Source: Candidatus Hydrogenedentota bacterium | GTDB lineage: Bacteria > Hydrogenedentota > Hydrogenedentia > Hydrogenedentales > SLHB01 | Assembly: GCA_963668025.2 (NCBI GenBank) | Contig: CAXXTH010000010.1 | Coordinates: 160,001-224,000 of the forward strand | Reading direction: 5' to 3' | DNA length: 64,000 bases | Shown here: in pieces, positions 41,742 through 50,946 of the stretch | How positions within the stretch are numbered: position 1 is the first letter of the stretch | Layout of the letters: each line of letters starts with the position of its first letter | Notes under the pieces: generated by a model | What the model was told of the DNA's origin: nothing | Databases searched by the model: none | What the model saw: only the letters and a program-made list of their open reading frames with translations | Program-made: the position numbers and the translations under genes

Positions 41742-43182
41742 GCTTGTTTATCCCTTCCACCACGAGGCTGGCCATTGCATCCGGCTGGGCGGTGCGGATG
41801 TCATTTGGAACATCCTGCCCCACGCTCAGGTAGCTGGCCGGCCATCCGGTTTCCATTACTATGGCCAGCATCGCGCCGAACTTGCGCGTTTCATCCAGTT
41901 TTGAAAACAAAATCGAGGTCGGCTTCAGGCAGCGGAAATTTTCAACCGCCTGGCACAAGTCATCGAGCTGCGCGCCCACTGGGAGCGCCAGAATCACCTC
42001 ATGCGGCTGGGCGACGGAGAGTATCGAACGCACTTCCTGCAAATGCCGTACATTGAACTGGCTGCCGCCGGGCGTATCCACCAGCACCAGCTCATAGTCG
42101 CGGAAGACGCGCAACGCTTCGGCCATCTCGCGGCCATCATTAACGACTTTCATGGGGAGCCCCACAATATCCGCATACACTTTGAGCTGCTGGGGCGCTG
42201 CGATGCGGTAGGTATCCGAGGTGATGAGCGCCACGCGGGCATGGCGGCGCAAGGCATAATGGGCCGCCAGTTTGGCGAGATTGGTGGTTTTTCCGACGCC
42301 GGTGGCGCCCACGAAGGCCACCACTTTGCATGTTCCTGGCGTGAGTTCGATGCCTCCCGTGACCGTGATGCGGCGGGCCACTTCGGCGCGCAGGCGTTCC
42401 GTAAAAGCCTGCTGGCTTTGAATCACCGGCAGGCTGCATTCGCGATATACTTTGCCTAGAATTGACGCAGCCAGCTTGCGCGGCACGCCTCGGGCAATCA
42501 AATCCCGGTAATACGGGGATACTTCAGCGGGCAGGCCCGCGCCTGGCGTTTCGGCGACGAGCATATCGAGGCCTTCCCGGATCTCCCGCAGCTCACGCCG
42601 CATGATCTCCAGCGGATCATCCTCTTGCTGCGGCCGTTTGAAGGGGAGCACATCCGAGGCGGGCTCCACTGCGGGAGCAGCTTGGCCGCGTCCGCCGGCA
42701 AACGCGGAGGGATTAGCGCCTGGGCTGGCGGCTTGGGGCTTCGCGGCGGATTCACGCAATTCCGCACGTATGGTGCGCGCCGTGTGCAAATCCTCTGTGA
42801 ACGTGCTGCGCTGGGCCGCCTCTTGAATCTTCCGCTGGAAGTGGGCGATGGTGCTGCTGATGCGTTCATCACTGCCGACGGCGTTCATGGCGGGCGTGGC
42901 GGCGCTGGCAACCGATGCGCTTGTTTCCAAATTTTCAGTAGCCGTGGACCGGTTTTCGCGGGCATACTTGCGTTCAGCGGCGCTCAATTTGCGGCGCTGG
43001 GTTCCTTCATCACAGGTGGACACCGTCAGTTCCACCCGTTTGCGTCCCAGAAATCCCAAGATTCCCCCTTCCTTTACCTGCGCGGTGCGCAGTACTACGG
43101 CGTCAGGCCCCAGTTCGCGGCGCATGGCGTCATAGGCGTCATTCAATGTGGCTCCGCGTATTTTGTGAAATCTCTGCCCCAT
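41725..43182 (-). CDS. flhF: Flagellar SRP-type GTPase FlhF
   Basis: RELGPDAVVL, GATGVGKTT.LAKLAA, DTYRIAA..QL, DTPG, SKLDET, GQDVPNDI. Confidence 0.95.
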   Translation of the reverse strand: MGQRFHKIRGATLNDAYDAMRRELGPDAVVLRTAQVKEGGILGFLGRKRVELTVSTCDEGTQRRKLSAAERKYARENRSTATENLETSASVASAATPAMNAVGSDERISSTIAHFQRKIQEAAQRSTFTEDLHTARTIRAELRESAAKPQAASPGANPSAFAGGRGQAAPAVEPASDVLPFKRPQQEDDPLEIMRRELREIREGLDMLVAETPGAGLPAEVSPYYRDLIARGVPRKLAASILGKVYRECSLPVIQSQQAFTERLRAEVARRITVTGGIELTPGTCKVVAFVGATGVGKTTNLAKLAAHYALRRHARVALITSDTYRIAAPQQLKVYADIVGLPMKVVNDGREMAEALRVFRDYELVLVDTPGGSQFNVRHLQEVRSILSVAQPHEVILALPVGAQLDDLCQAVENFRCLKPTSILFSKLDETRKFGAMLAIVMETGWPASYLSVGQDVPNDIRTAQPDAMASLVVEGINKRERSS

Positions 43183-43183
43183 A

Positions 43184-45262
43184 TCACACTTTCACTTGGC
43201 CTTCGCTCTCCAGTTTCACCCCAGGATCAATTTCGTTGTAAGACAACACGATTAATTTCGGCATATGGCGCTCGACGATGCGGCGGAAATAGCGGCGCAC
43301 TTGAGCGGACGCCAGCACAATAGGATCTTGGCCCGCTAAAACAAGCGATTGCACCGCATGCACGGTCGCACGTGCAATCGCGTCGGCGCGCACAGGTTCG
43401 ATGGGCACGTATTCGCCGGTTTCGGACTGGCGTACGGCGTTGAGGATCTCGCGTTCGAGTTCCGGTGCTAACGTCACTATATGCAGCATGTTTTCATCAT
43501 CGGAATATTCGGCGCAGATCTGGCGCGCCAACGCATGGCGGACATACTCCGCCAGTAATTCCGGGTCGCGGGTGCGCGGCCCAAAATCCGCCAGCACCTC
43601 GAGGATCACCTCGAGATTGCGGATGGACACCCGCTCACGCAGGAGTATTTGCAACACTTTTTGGACTTCTCCCAGCGAAAGGATGCCCGGAATCAGTTCA
43701 TCGACCACGCTGGAGGCGCTTTCTTTGACGGTGTTAATCAAATTCTGGGTATCTTGCCGGGTGAGTAATTCCGCCGAATAATTGGTGATGATTTCCGTCA
43801 AATGCGTGGCGAGGACTGCGCTGGGCTCGACGATGGTGTAGCCCAGGCGCTCGGCGCGATCCCGCTGGTTTTTTGCCACCCATACCGCTTGAAGGCCAAA
43901 AGCGGGTTCCGTGGTCGCCGTTCCCTCGATGGGCTCCTCTGCCAAGCCGGGATTCATCGCAAGAAAATGGTTCGGCAGCAATTCATAATGGGCGACTTCC
44001 GCGTCCCGAAGCTTCACGCTATATTCATTGGGCCGTAGGCGCATATTATCGACGATGCGCACCACCGGTACGATGATGCCCATTTGGGTGGCCATTTTTT
44101 GGCGTATGTTTTGGATGCGCGTCAACAGGTCGCCGCCTTGCTTTGGATCCGCGAGAGCGATAAGGCCGTAGCCCAGTTCGATTTTTAGCGGATCAACCGC
44201 GAGCAAGTCTTCGGTGCGGGCGGGGCGCTCCGCCTCGGGCGCTTTGGCTGCGGCCGTTTCTTTGGCCACTTTGACGGCGAACTCACGTTCAAAAAATTTT
44301 TTGCTCTGATAGGCCAAAATACCCAGCGAAATGGCTACCAGCATAAAGGGTACGGTAGGCATGCCCGGCACGATCCCGAAGATGCCCAGCAATACCGCGC
44401 TGACGCCCAACGCCCGAGGATACCGCATGAGCTGCTGGCTCAATTCCGCGCCCAGGTTATCTCCAGAGGCCGTGCGGGTGACAATCAAACCTGCCGCAAT
44501 CGAGATAATCAATGCCGGGATCTGCGACACAAGGCCATCGCCCACGGTCAAGGTGGTGTAGAGGCGCGCCGCGTCGATAGGTTCGCGGCCTTGCATGACG
44601 ACGCCGATGATCAATCCGCCGATGATATTCACTATGGTGATGATGACCCCGGCAATCGCGTCGCCGCGTACGAACTTCGTGGCGCCGTCCATAGCCCCGT
44701 AGAAATCGGCTTCCCGCTCGATGCGGCTGCGCCGTTCGCGGGCCTGGGCTTCGGAGATGAGTCCCGCATTCAGGTCGGCGTCAACGCCCATCTGTTTGCC
44801 GGGCATGGCGTCCAACGTGAACCGTGCCGCCACTTCCGAGATGCGCGTAGCGCCACGGGTGATCACCACGAATTGAATAATGACAAGAATCGAGAAAATG
44901 ATGATTCCAACGACATAGTTGCCTCTGGTGACGAAGTTGCCGAAGGCATCGATCACCAGCCCCGCATCGCCTTCCGATAAAATAAGGCGCGTCGATGCGA
45001 CATTAAGGCTGAGCCGGAATAAGGTCAAAATAAGCAACAGGGATGGGAAAGCAGCGAATTCGACCGGATGCACCATATAAATACAGCCGAGAAGCACAAC
45101 CACACTGATCGAGATATTAATTGTCAACAACAGATCCAGCACCAATTGCGGGATCGGGATCACCAATACCACGAGAATGGCCATGACACAAACCGCCAGT
45201 GCGATGTCCTGGTTGTGCGCCAGCATCGCGAACGGCCGTGATATGGTTTGAGGAGCTGCCAT
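43184..45262 (-). CDS. flhA: Flagellar export gate protein FlhA
   Basis: RLSLNVASTRLIL, EVAARFTLDAMPGKQM, FYGAMDGA.KFVRGDA, LSYNEI. Confidence 0.97.
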   Translation of the reverse strand: MAAPQTISRPFAMLAHNQDIALAVCVMAILVVLVIPIPQLVLDLLLTINISISVVVLLGCIYMVHPVEFAAFPSLLLILTLFRLSLNVASTRLILSEGDAGLVIDAFGNFVTRGNYVVGIIIFSILVIIQFVVITRGATRISEVAARFTLDAMPGKQMGVDADLNAGLISEAQARERRSRIEREADFYGAMDGATKFVRGDAIAGVIITIVNIIGGLIIGVVMQGREPIDAARLYTTLTVGDGLVSQIPALIISIAAGLIVTRTASGDNLGAELSQQLMRYPRALGVSAVLLGIFGIVPGMPTVPFMLVAISLGILAYQSKKFFEREFAVKVAKETAAAKAPEAERPARTEDLLAVDPLKIELGYGLIALADPKQGGDLLTRIQNIRQKMATQMGIIVPVVRIVDNMRLRPNEYSVKLRDAEVAHYELLPNHFLAMNPGLAEEPIEGTATTEPAFGLQAVWVAKNQRDRAERLGYTIVEPSAVLATHLTEIITNYSAELLTRQDTQNLINTVKESASSVVDELIPGILSLGEVQKVLQILLRERVSIRNLEVILEVLADFGPRTRDPELLAEYVRHALARQICAEYSDDENMLHIVTLAPELEREILNAVRQSETGEYVPIEPVRADAIARATVHAVQSLVLAGQDPIVLASAQVRRYFRRIVERHMPKLIVLSYNEIDPGVKLESEGQVKV

Positions 45263-45267
45263 TTTTT

Positions 45268-45301
45268 GGGTCTAGGGTCTCGGGTTTAGGGTTTAGGGTT
45301 T
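45268..45301. repeat. Five GGGT(C/T)TN heptamers immediately upstream of the flhA start
   Basis: GGGTCTA GGGTCTC GGGTTTA GGGTTTA GGGTTT; same family as 9551-9681. Confidence 0.9.
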
Positions 45302-45389
45302 CGTAACTACCATTCTCTTTCGTTTCATCGTATTTTTAAAAAATGCTCAGTGTTATTGACGCTTATCCGTGAAATTTTTGTGCATACAT

Positions 45390-46607
45390 TTATATCGGCG
45401 CTCCGAGATTTGGACTTCGAGACCCGAAATCAAGGCCTCGAGCGCCAGCCCCCGAAGGCCGCGTCCCGCGTTTCGGAGCTTGCGCCTTGCGCCCAGCGCC
45501 TCGGTAATTGGGCCCGAGGAAACGCATCCGCTCGCGGACCTTGTCGGCGCGGCGGTCAATGGCGTACACGAACCGCAACACTTCCGCCACGGTGCGGAAA
45601 AGGGACTCGGGAACCGGCTGCCCTACCTCGACGGTGCGGAAAAGGGCGCGGGCCAGTTCTGGTTTTTCGATCACCGGCACATGGTTTTCGGTGGCGATTT
45701 CACGGATGCGCTGGGCAAGAAGGCGTGCGCCCTTGGCGATCACGGTAGGGGCGTTCATATTCGCCATGTCGTACCGCAATGCGACGGCGTATGTCGTGGG
45801 GTTTGTCACCACGACATCCGCTTTCGGGACATCTTTCATCATGCGCTGCATGGCCATTTGGCGTTGAATATGGCGCACGCGCTGCTTGATGCGCGGGTCT
45901 CCTTCCATCTGTTTCGCTTCTTCGCGCGCCTCTTGCGTCGTCATCTTGAGGTCTTCTTCGTAGCGCCAGCGCTGGAAACCGTAATCCATAAGGCCCAGCG
46001 CCAGCATGACCAAGGCGATCCGGAACCAAAGGAGGACCGCGATATCTCCCATGACCTTCACTATCCCCAATGGCGCGAGCTGGGAGAGGAGCAGCATTTC
46101 GGGCCAGCGGTTGCGCAGGGTGAGATAGACGACATAACTAATCAATAGGAGCTTGAGGACGGATTTCACCAGCTCAAACAACGAGCGCACGCTAAACATG
46201 CGCGCCAATCCCGGTATGGGATTGATTTTCTCAAATTTTGGCGCGATGGCGGATGGGGCAAAAAGGAAACCTACCTGGAATATACACGCAAGAACTCCCG
46301 CAAGCAGCATGAATCCCATGAACGGCAGGGCAAGACGGGCTAATAAAAAGAGGGCGTTGAATCCGGTATCCACAGCGCCGCCCACATTGTCATAGCCGCT
46401 ACCGGGTTGTCCGAAATAAATCCGCGCCATGGTGACCATATCTCTCAGGATAGGCATCCCGAGTACGCGCATGGCCCCCAGCGCGGCAAATAAGGCCAGC
46501 GCGGACGAGAGGTCTTGGCTCTTGACCACGTTGCCTTTTTCACGGGCCTTTTGCCGCTTGATCTGCGACGCAGGCAGTGATTTTTCGCCGCCGGATTCCT
46601 CGGGCAT
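45390..46607 (-). CDS. flhB: Flagellar export protein FlhB
   Basis: AREKGNVVKSQD, EGDPRIK, TNPT autocleavage motif, AP.VIAKG, PELARALF. Confidence 0.95.
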   Translation of the reverse strand: MPEESGGEKSLPASQIKRQKAREKGNVVKSQDLSSALALFAALGAMRVLGMPILRDMVTMARIYFGQPGSGYDNVGGAVDTGFNALFLLARLALPFMGFMLLAGVLACIFQVGFLFAPSAIAPKFEKINPIPGLARMFSVRSLFELVKSVLKLLLISYVVYLTLRNRWPEMLLLSQLAPLGIVKVMGDIAVLLWFRIALVMLALGLMDYGFQRWRYEEDLKMTTQEAREEAKQMEGDPRIKQRVRHIQRQMAMQRMMKDVPKADVVVTNPTTYAVALRYDMANMNAPTVIAKGARLLAQRIREIATENHVPVIEKPELARALFRTVEVGQPVPESLFRTVAEVLRFVYAIDRRADKVRERMRFLGPNYRGAGRKAQAPKRGTRPSGAGARGLDFGSRSPNLGAPI

Positions 46608-46608
46608 G

Positions 46609-47379
46609 TCAGGTCATTCCATTCACAAGCGTTGCTACATTTTCAAACATGCTGCTAAACATGCCGTCCACGGCATATATGTAAATCTCGATGACACATA
46701 CCGCCATAATGAGCGCCAAGGCCACGGTAACCGGATAACCTACCGAAAAGAGATGGATTTGCGGCACCACGCGGCTCATTAGCCCCATGGTGAGATAGGC
46801 CAGCAAGAGCGCCCCAGCCATGGGAGCCGCGATGAGCAGGCCATCCACGAACATCGCTTGGCCCCAGCGCGGCACTTCCTGCAATAGTTCGGGGCGCATC
46901 GCAAAGGCTCCCAGCGGAATCGTTTCAAACGTGTCCGTGAGACTCCAGATCATGACGTGGTGCCCATCAATGGCCAACAAGAAAAGGGCGGCCAGCAAGT
47001 AAAAGAAAAAGCCGAATACGGGCACTTGGGTTTCCATGGCCGGATTGTAGACATTCGCCATGCCGAATCCGCTTAACATGTCGATGATCTGGCCCGCCAC
47101 TTGGATGGCGGCGAATACAATCGTCATGACAAAACCGATGGCCAATCCGATCAACAGCTCATTCATTCCCATGAATGCAATCGTAACCATCTCATTCGGA
47201 ATAGGCGCTTGTTCAGGAAGGAGCGGCGTGATCAGCATGGCCGTCATGGCGGCAAATCCCGCCTTGCCCATCATCGGGAAATTGTTCGAACTCAATACTG
47301 GCGCAGTCAATAAGAGGCCCGTGATGCGGACCATCACTAGCATAAAAACTTTAAACACCTCCAACTCGAAGATTTGCAC
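46609..47379 (-). CDS. fliR: Flagellar export protein FliR
   Basis: ELLIGL.IGF, AGQIID...GF, LAIDGHH, SRVVPQIHLFSVGYP. Confidence 0.93.
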   Translation of the reverse strand: MQIFELEVFKVFMLVMVRITGLLLTAPVLSSNNFPMMGKAGFAAMTAMLITPLLPEQAPIPNEMVTIAFMGMNELLIGLAIGFVMTIVFAAIQVAGQIIDMLSGFGMANVYNPAMETQVPVFGFFFYLLAALFLLAIDGHHVMIWSLTDTFETIPLGAFAMRPELLQEVPRWGQAMFVDGLLIAAPMAGALLLAYLTMGLMSRVVPQIHLFSVGYPVTVALALIMAVCVIEIYIYAVDGMFSSMFENVATLVNGMT

Positions 47380-47388
47380 CCTGCACCT

Positions 47389-47658
47389 CTATTGAATCAG
47401 TGCTTCGGCCCCACCGAACATCTCCGCCGTGAACGCCAGTATGGTCGAGATCATAAACGGCATGAACAGCGCAAACGTGATCATAACGACCACTATCTTG
47501 GGGACGAAGGTGAGCGTGATCTCTTGTACTTGAGTCACCGATTGAAACAAGCCAATGACAACGCCGACCACCATGCCCGAAATCAACATCGGCGCAGAAA
47601 GCAGCAATGTGATCCACATGGCTTGTTGTCCCAGATAAATTACCGTTTCTTGATTCAA
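47389..47658 (-). CDS. fliQ: Flagellar export protein FliQ
   Basis: GVVIGLFQSVTQVQEITLTFVPK; TTG start after AGGAGG. Confidence 0.95.
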   Translation of the reverse strand: MNQETVIYLGQQAMWITLLLSAPMLISGMVVGVVIGLFQSVTQVQEITLTFVPKIVVVMITFALFMPFMISTILAFTAEMFGGAEALIQ

Positions 47659-47729
47659 GAACCAGCCCCTCCTGACGCCTGGCGCGCCGATGAGCCGCCA
47701 CGCTCCGCTACCCCGCGTGCCTCATCACG

Positions 47730-48040
47730 CATGAAGATACCACAACATATTGATGGTGTCAATGAGAAAATGCCCAGAATTTGGGATTTTACAAAAAATA
47801 CCCCCACGGAATGTGGTGTCCTTCAAAACGCGCCCACCCCGAACGGCTCAAATCCAACGATGTCATTTTTAAATACGAAATATACTAATTATGTTAAAAG
47901 TTATCGGGAGGGCTTTATACGATTCTATTCCGCAACACAACCACCGCATGAAGCAAAAGCGGTTTTTGAACCAGGAAAGAATGAAGACGGGCAGGGCGGA
48001 ATATGCGTGTAGAAATTGTGTGTAGTTCGCACTACTATCT
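47730..48040. repeat. 311-bp direct repeat, copy A (upstream of fliQ)
   Basis: Colinear with 48999-49309, about 14 substitutions by manual count. Confidence 0.95.
47734..47762 (-). promoter_or_regulatory. Sigma70 promoter within repeat copy A
   Basis: TTGACA-N17-TATCTT with TG extension, pointing into fliQ. Confidence 0.75.
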
Positions 48041-48172
48041 GTCAACTGGAATCCGGAAAGGTGTCTCGAAGAGACAGCCCGACACAGCCCAGGGCCGCTG
48101 CTCAAATCCCATAGAACCCCGCCCTGCCGAGTTCAACGAAGGACTCCCAAGCCAAAGTGCTACAAACCATCG

Positions 48173-48982
48173 CTATTTTTCAGTATTGCCTTCCTGCTGT
48201 GGAGCCTTGTAGCCGGGCTCGCGTTCATTGCGATGTCGAACTGCGCTGTTGAAGAGCCAATCGCACTCAGGTAGCATGTCTGGAGGAAGATCCTTTTTAC
48301 TTTTGAACAGAGTAATGGCGCGGTCACTTCCCGATGCGGCAAAGGAATCCAAAGCCATAAGTCGCATGTGATGGCGGAAACTCTCCGGCGTATCATTATT
48401 CTGACACGCAGCAGGATTTCTTGCTATCCAGTAGTTCTCAGTAGCCATTTCTTCAAGGAGATCAAGCGTGGCGTCATCTGCATATGCAAGACGCCCGAGA
48501 CACAGGATAGCATTGTGAAGAATATGCCATTCGTCATAGCTCATGTTTTGTTTGAGCGGACGATCAATGACTGCTTTCAGAACTGATATTCCCCTGGAAT
48601 CGCCAGAACCTGCCAACACCCACATGGCTGAGACAACGGTCCTCTGAGGAGTCTTCTCGTCGTTAATGAGCTTAGTCAAATACGGAATAATGTCACGGTG
48701 TGCATATTCCTTCGTAATCACTTTCCCGAAGTCTTCGTCGACGTACATCGCTCCTGTAAAGCGATTCAATAGCATTTCACTTTCGGCGTCTGACAATGGT
48801 TGAACACCGGTATCGGACGACGGACTCTGCACCGGTGCGCTTGTACTCTCTGCCGGTGCGGTCTCGGCACTTGCTTCTTCTACCAGGTATAATAGGCATA
48901 CTACATAAATGCAGATGCCTGCGGCTCTTGCCCAATTTGAGCTGCTGCAATTCTGCTGAATCGATGGTCGAAAACTGTTCAT
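48173..48982 (-). CDS. Exported hypothetical protein with HEAT-like helical repeats
   Basis: AAGGAG RBS; hydrophobic N-terminal segment; SAMWVLAGSGDSRGISVL, AILCLGRL, ALDSFAASGSDRAI; lower GC than the flagellar genes. Confidence 0.75.
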   Translation of the reverse strand: MNSFRPSIQQNCSSSNWARAAGICIYVVCLLYLVEEASAETAPAESTSAPVQSPSSDTGVQPLSDAESEMLLNRFTGAMYVDEDFGKVITKEYAHRDIIPYLTKLINDEKTPQRTVVSAMWVLAGSGDSRGISVLKAVIDRPLKQNMSYDEWHILHNAILCLGRLAYADDATLDLLEEMATENYWIARNPAACQNNDTPESFRHHMRLMALDSFAASGSDRAITLFKSKKDLPPDMLPECDWLFNSAVRHRNEREPGYKAPQQEGNTEK

Positions 48983-48998
48983 CCCTTATCTCCTTACC

Positions 48999-49309
48999 CA
49001 TGAAGATACCACAACATATTGATGGCGTCAATGAGAAAATGCCCGAAATTTTGGATTTTGCATAAAATACCCCCACGGAATGTGGTGTCCTTCAAAACGC
49101 GCCCACCCCGAACGGCTCAAACCCAACGAGGTCATTTTTAAATACGCAATATACTAATTATGTTAAAAACTATCGGGAGGGCTTTATACGATTCTATTCC
49201 GCAACACAACCACCGCATGAAGCAAAAGCGGTTTTTGAACCAGGAAAGAATGAAGACGGGCAAGGCAAAATATGCGTGTAGAAATTGTGTGTAGTTCGCA
49301 CTACTATCT
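48999..49309. repeat. 311-bp direct repeat, copy B (upstream of the HEAT-like gene), with TTGACG-N17-TATCTT promoter at 49031-49003
   Basis: Colinear with 47730-48040. Confidence 0.95.
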
Positions 49310-49406
49310 TAAAATATTGTTTTTTTGCAAAGATTTTTATGGAAGCCTTTACATATCAAATAGTTACGGCCTGTTCCTACAAGAAATAAGGTTTATCTTG
49401 AATCCT

Positions 49407-49582
49407 GTTTCACGCAAAGCCGCTAAGCCGAAAAGGTCTATAGAAGATTAACGACAGGAATATCCCCGCAAATCCCCTATCCGAATGGCAAATAACAATG
49501 CCATTGAAACCAGATCGAGATGATTTATTCGCGTTCATTCGCGTCTATTCGCGGTTAAAAAACAGCCCATTTGGCTGCGGCC
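49407..49582. repeat. Dispersed intergenic repeat (TTTCACGCAAAGCCGC...ATCGAGATGA..ATTCGCGT.ATTCGCGG)
   Basis: Similar to 61623-61750; its right half occurs inverted at ~9412-9472. Confidence 0.7.
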
Positions 49583-49620
49583 TTTCCGCGCTGCGCTATT
49601 ACATCCAATCCTGGAACGCT

Positions 49621-50730
49621 CTAGATTTTCTGATCAAAAATGGATTTGGGCCCGGAGGAACCGTACGCTGCCGGATCGGGCAGGTTCTTCTCATACACCT
49701 CGACGCCATGTTCGGTGCGCAGTTTTTCGACCATCTTGGCGTAAAGCATGCCCGGCATAAGCACGGGTTTGGCTTGTTCAAAGGACATGGGCGATTGATC
49801 TTCGACCCGGGTGATTTTACATACCAGGAACGAATCGGGTATCTGCACTTCCGTCACCTGCCCCTGGGCGTCCGTCTGCGCGCCGCCCCATCCGCGAATG
49901 AAGATAGGCCCGATGACATCGCCGGTGCGTGCGCCTTCGGCCTTTTCCCAGAACGGCCCGAATTTGGCCATGGCGGAGGGGTCTTTACGGATGGGCGCAC
50001 GAAGCGGGAAACCCGTCCCGGCCATGGCATATTCCGTGGCGAGGACGGCCACCTGCTCTCCGGCGCGCAGGCGTTCCCGCGCGCCAGTGGCCAGCGCACT
50101 GGCTCCATCCTGGCGGGTGGGAAAATAGATGCCATCAAATTCCACGGTTTCAGGATTCACCAGCGAATCCTGCTGCATGTCATATTCTTCCTGCAATTCG
50201 GCATCGCTGACCTGTATGCCGCCTTCTTCGGCCTGCTTGCGCGCTTCAAACGCCAATGCCGCTTCACCTTGGATGCGCAAATAGAGCTGGTCGATTCGCG
50301 ATTCGCGCTCCTGCTCGTAATACATAATCTCTGGGTCTGAGAGAGGTGGGTCCATGGTGCGGCCTTGCTCCATGGCGATCTTGTATTTGGGATACATCGC
50401 GTCGAACCGCTGCGCGGCGTATTCGCGCGGCACTTTGATCTTGCCTTCGCTCTCCAGCCGTTTCGCGAGTTCCGCTTTGACCTTGTCGTCGATGTAGGTA
50501 TTCAGCACTCGAAGCAGATCGCCGCGCGTGCTGATATTAGGACGTTCCTCGGGCTGCATGTCGCGCAGCACTTTGTTGATATCGGCCCGGCGGATGGGAA
50601 CGCCATCGAGCGTGGCCACGACAATGCGGTCGGAATCGGCCAGCCAGCCGCATCCCGCGTAGCAGCACATCAGCCATGCAAAAGCCGCCACGGGTTTCAA
50701 CCATCTGCGCGCGGAACAATCAGCCAGCAT
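49621..50730 (-). CDS. SurA/PrsA-like parvulin-type chaperone, probable lipoprotein
   Basis: Lipobox-like AGC; VVATLDGVPI, VSDAELQEEY, PETVEFDGIYF, MSFEQAK..L. Confidence 0.75.
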   Translation of the reverse strand: MLADCSARRWLKPVAAFAWLMCCYAGCGWLADSDRIVVATLDGVPIRRADINKVLRDMQPEERPNISTRGDLLRVLNTYIDDKVKAELAKRLESEGKIKVPREYAAQRFDAMYPKYKIAMEQGRTMDPPLSDPEIMYYEQERESRIDQLYLRIQGEAALAFEARKQAEEGGIQVSDAELQEEYDMQQDSLVNPETVEFDGIYFPTRQDGASALATGARERLRAGEQVAVLATEYAMAGTGFPLRAPIRKDPSAMAKFGPFWEKAEGARTGDVIGPIFIRGWGGAQTDAQGQVTEVQIPDSFLVCKITRVEDQSPMSFEQAKPVLMPGMLYAKMVEKLRTEHGVEVYEKNLPDPAAYGSSGPKSIFDQKI

Positions 50731-50832
50731 GTGTATCTCCTGTTACAAACGGTGCGCTTAAAATGACATTATCAACAGCTTCCAGTGTAGCATTCAACAC
50801 GGAAACGCGCCAACTGAATGATGGGGGATGCG

Positions 50833-50901
50833 CCGGATTTTTTCACCACAGAGACACAGAGATGCACAGAGATACGGATTAATCTAGTTTATACAGTAAA
50901 A
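50833..50901. repeat. CACCACAGAGACACAGAG-family repeat, left flank of the TIR/NDT gene
   Basis: Inverted copy at 51981-52019; direct ~58-bp copy at 52024-52081. Confidence 0.9.
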
Positions 50902-50946
50902 TGGTTTTTGCTTCTAAATTCACAGGCCAAGCGCGTTCACCCCCAT

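Noticed and set aside
48040-48160. TGTCAAC... segment next to repeat copy A as a possible IS end
   Set aside because: No matching inverted partner or transposase fragment was found in the window.
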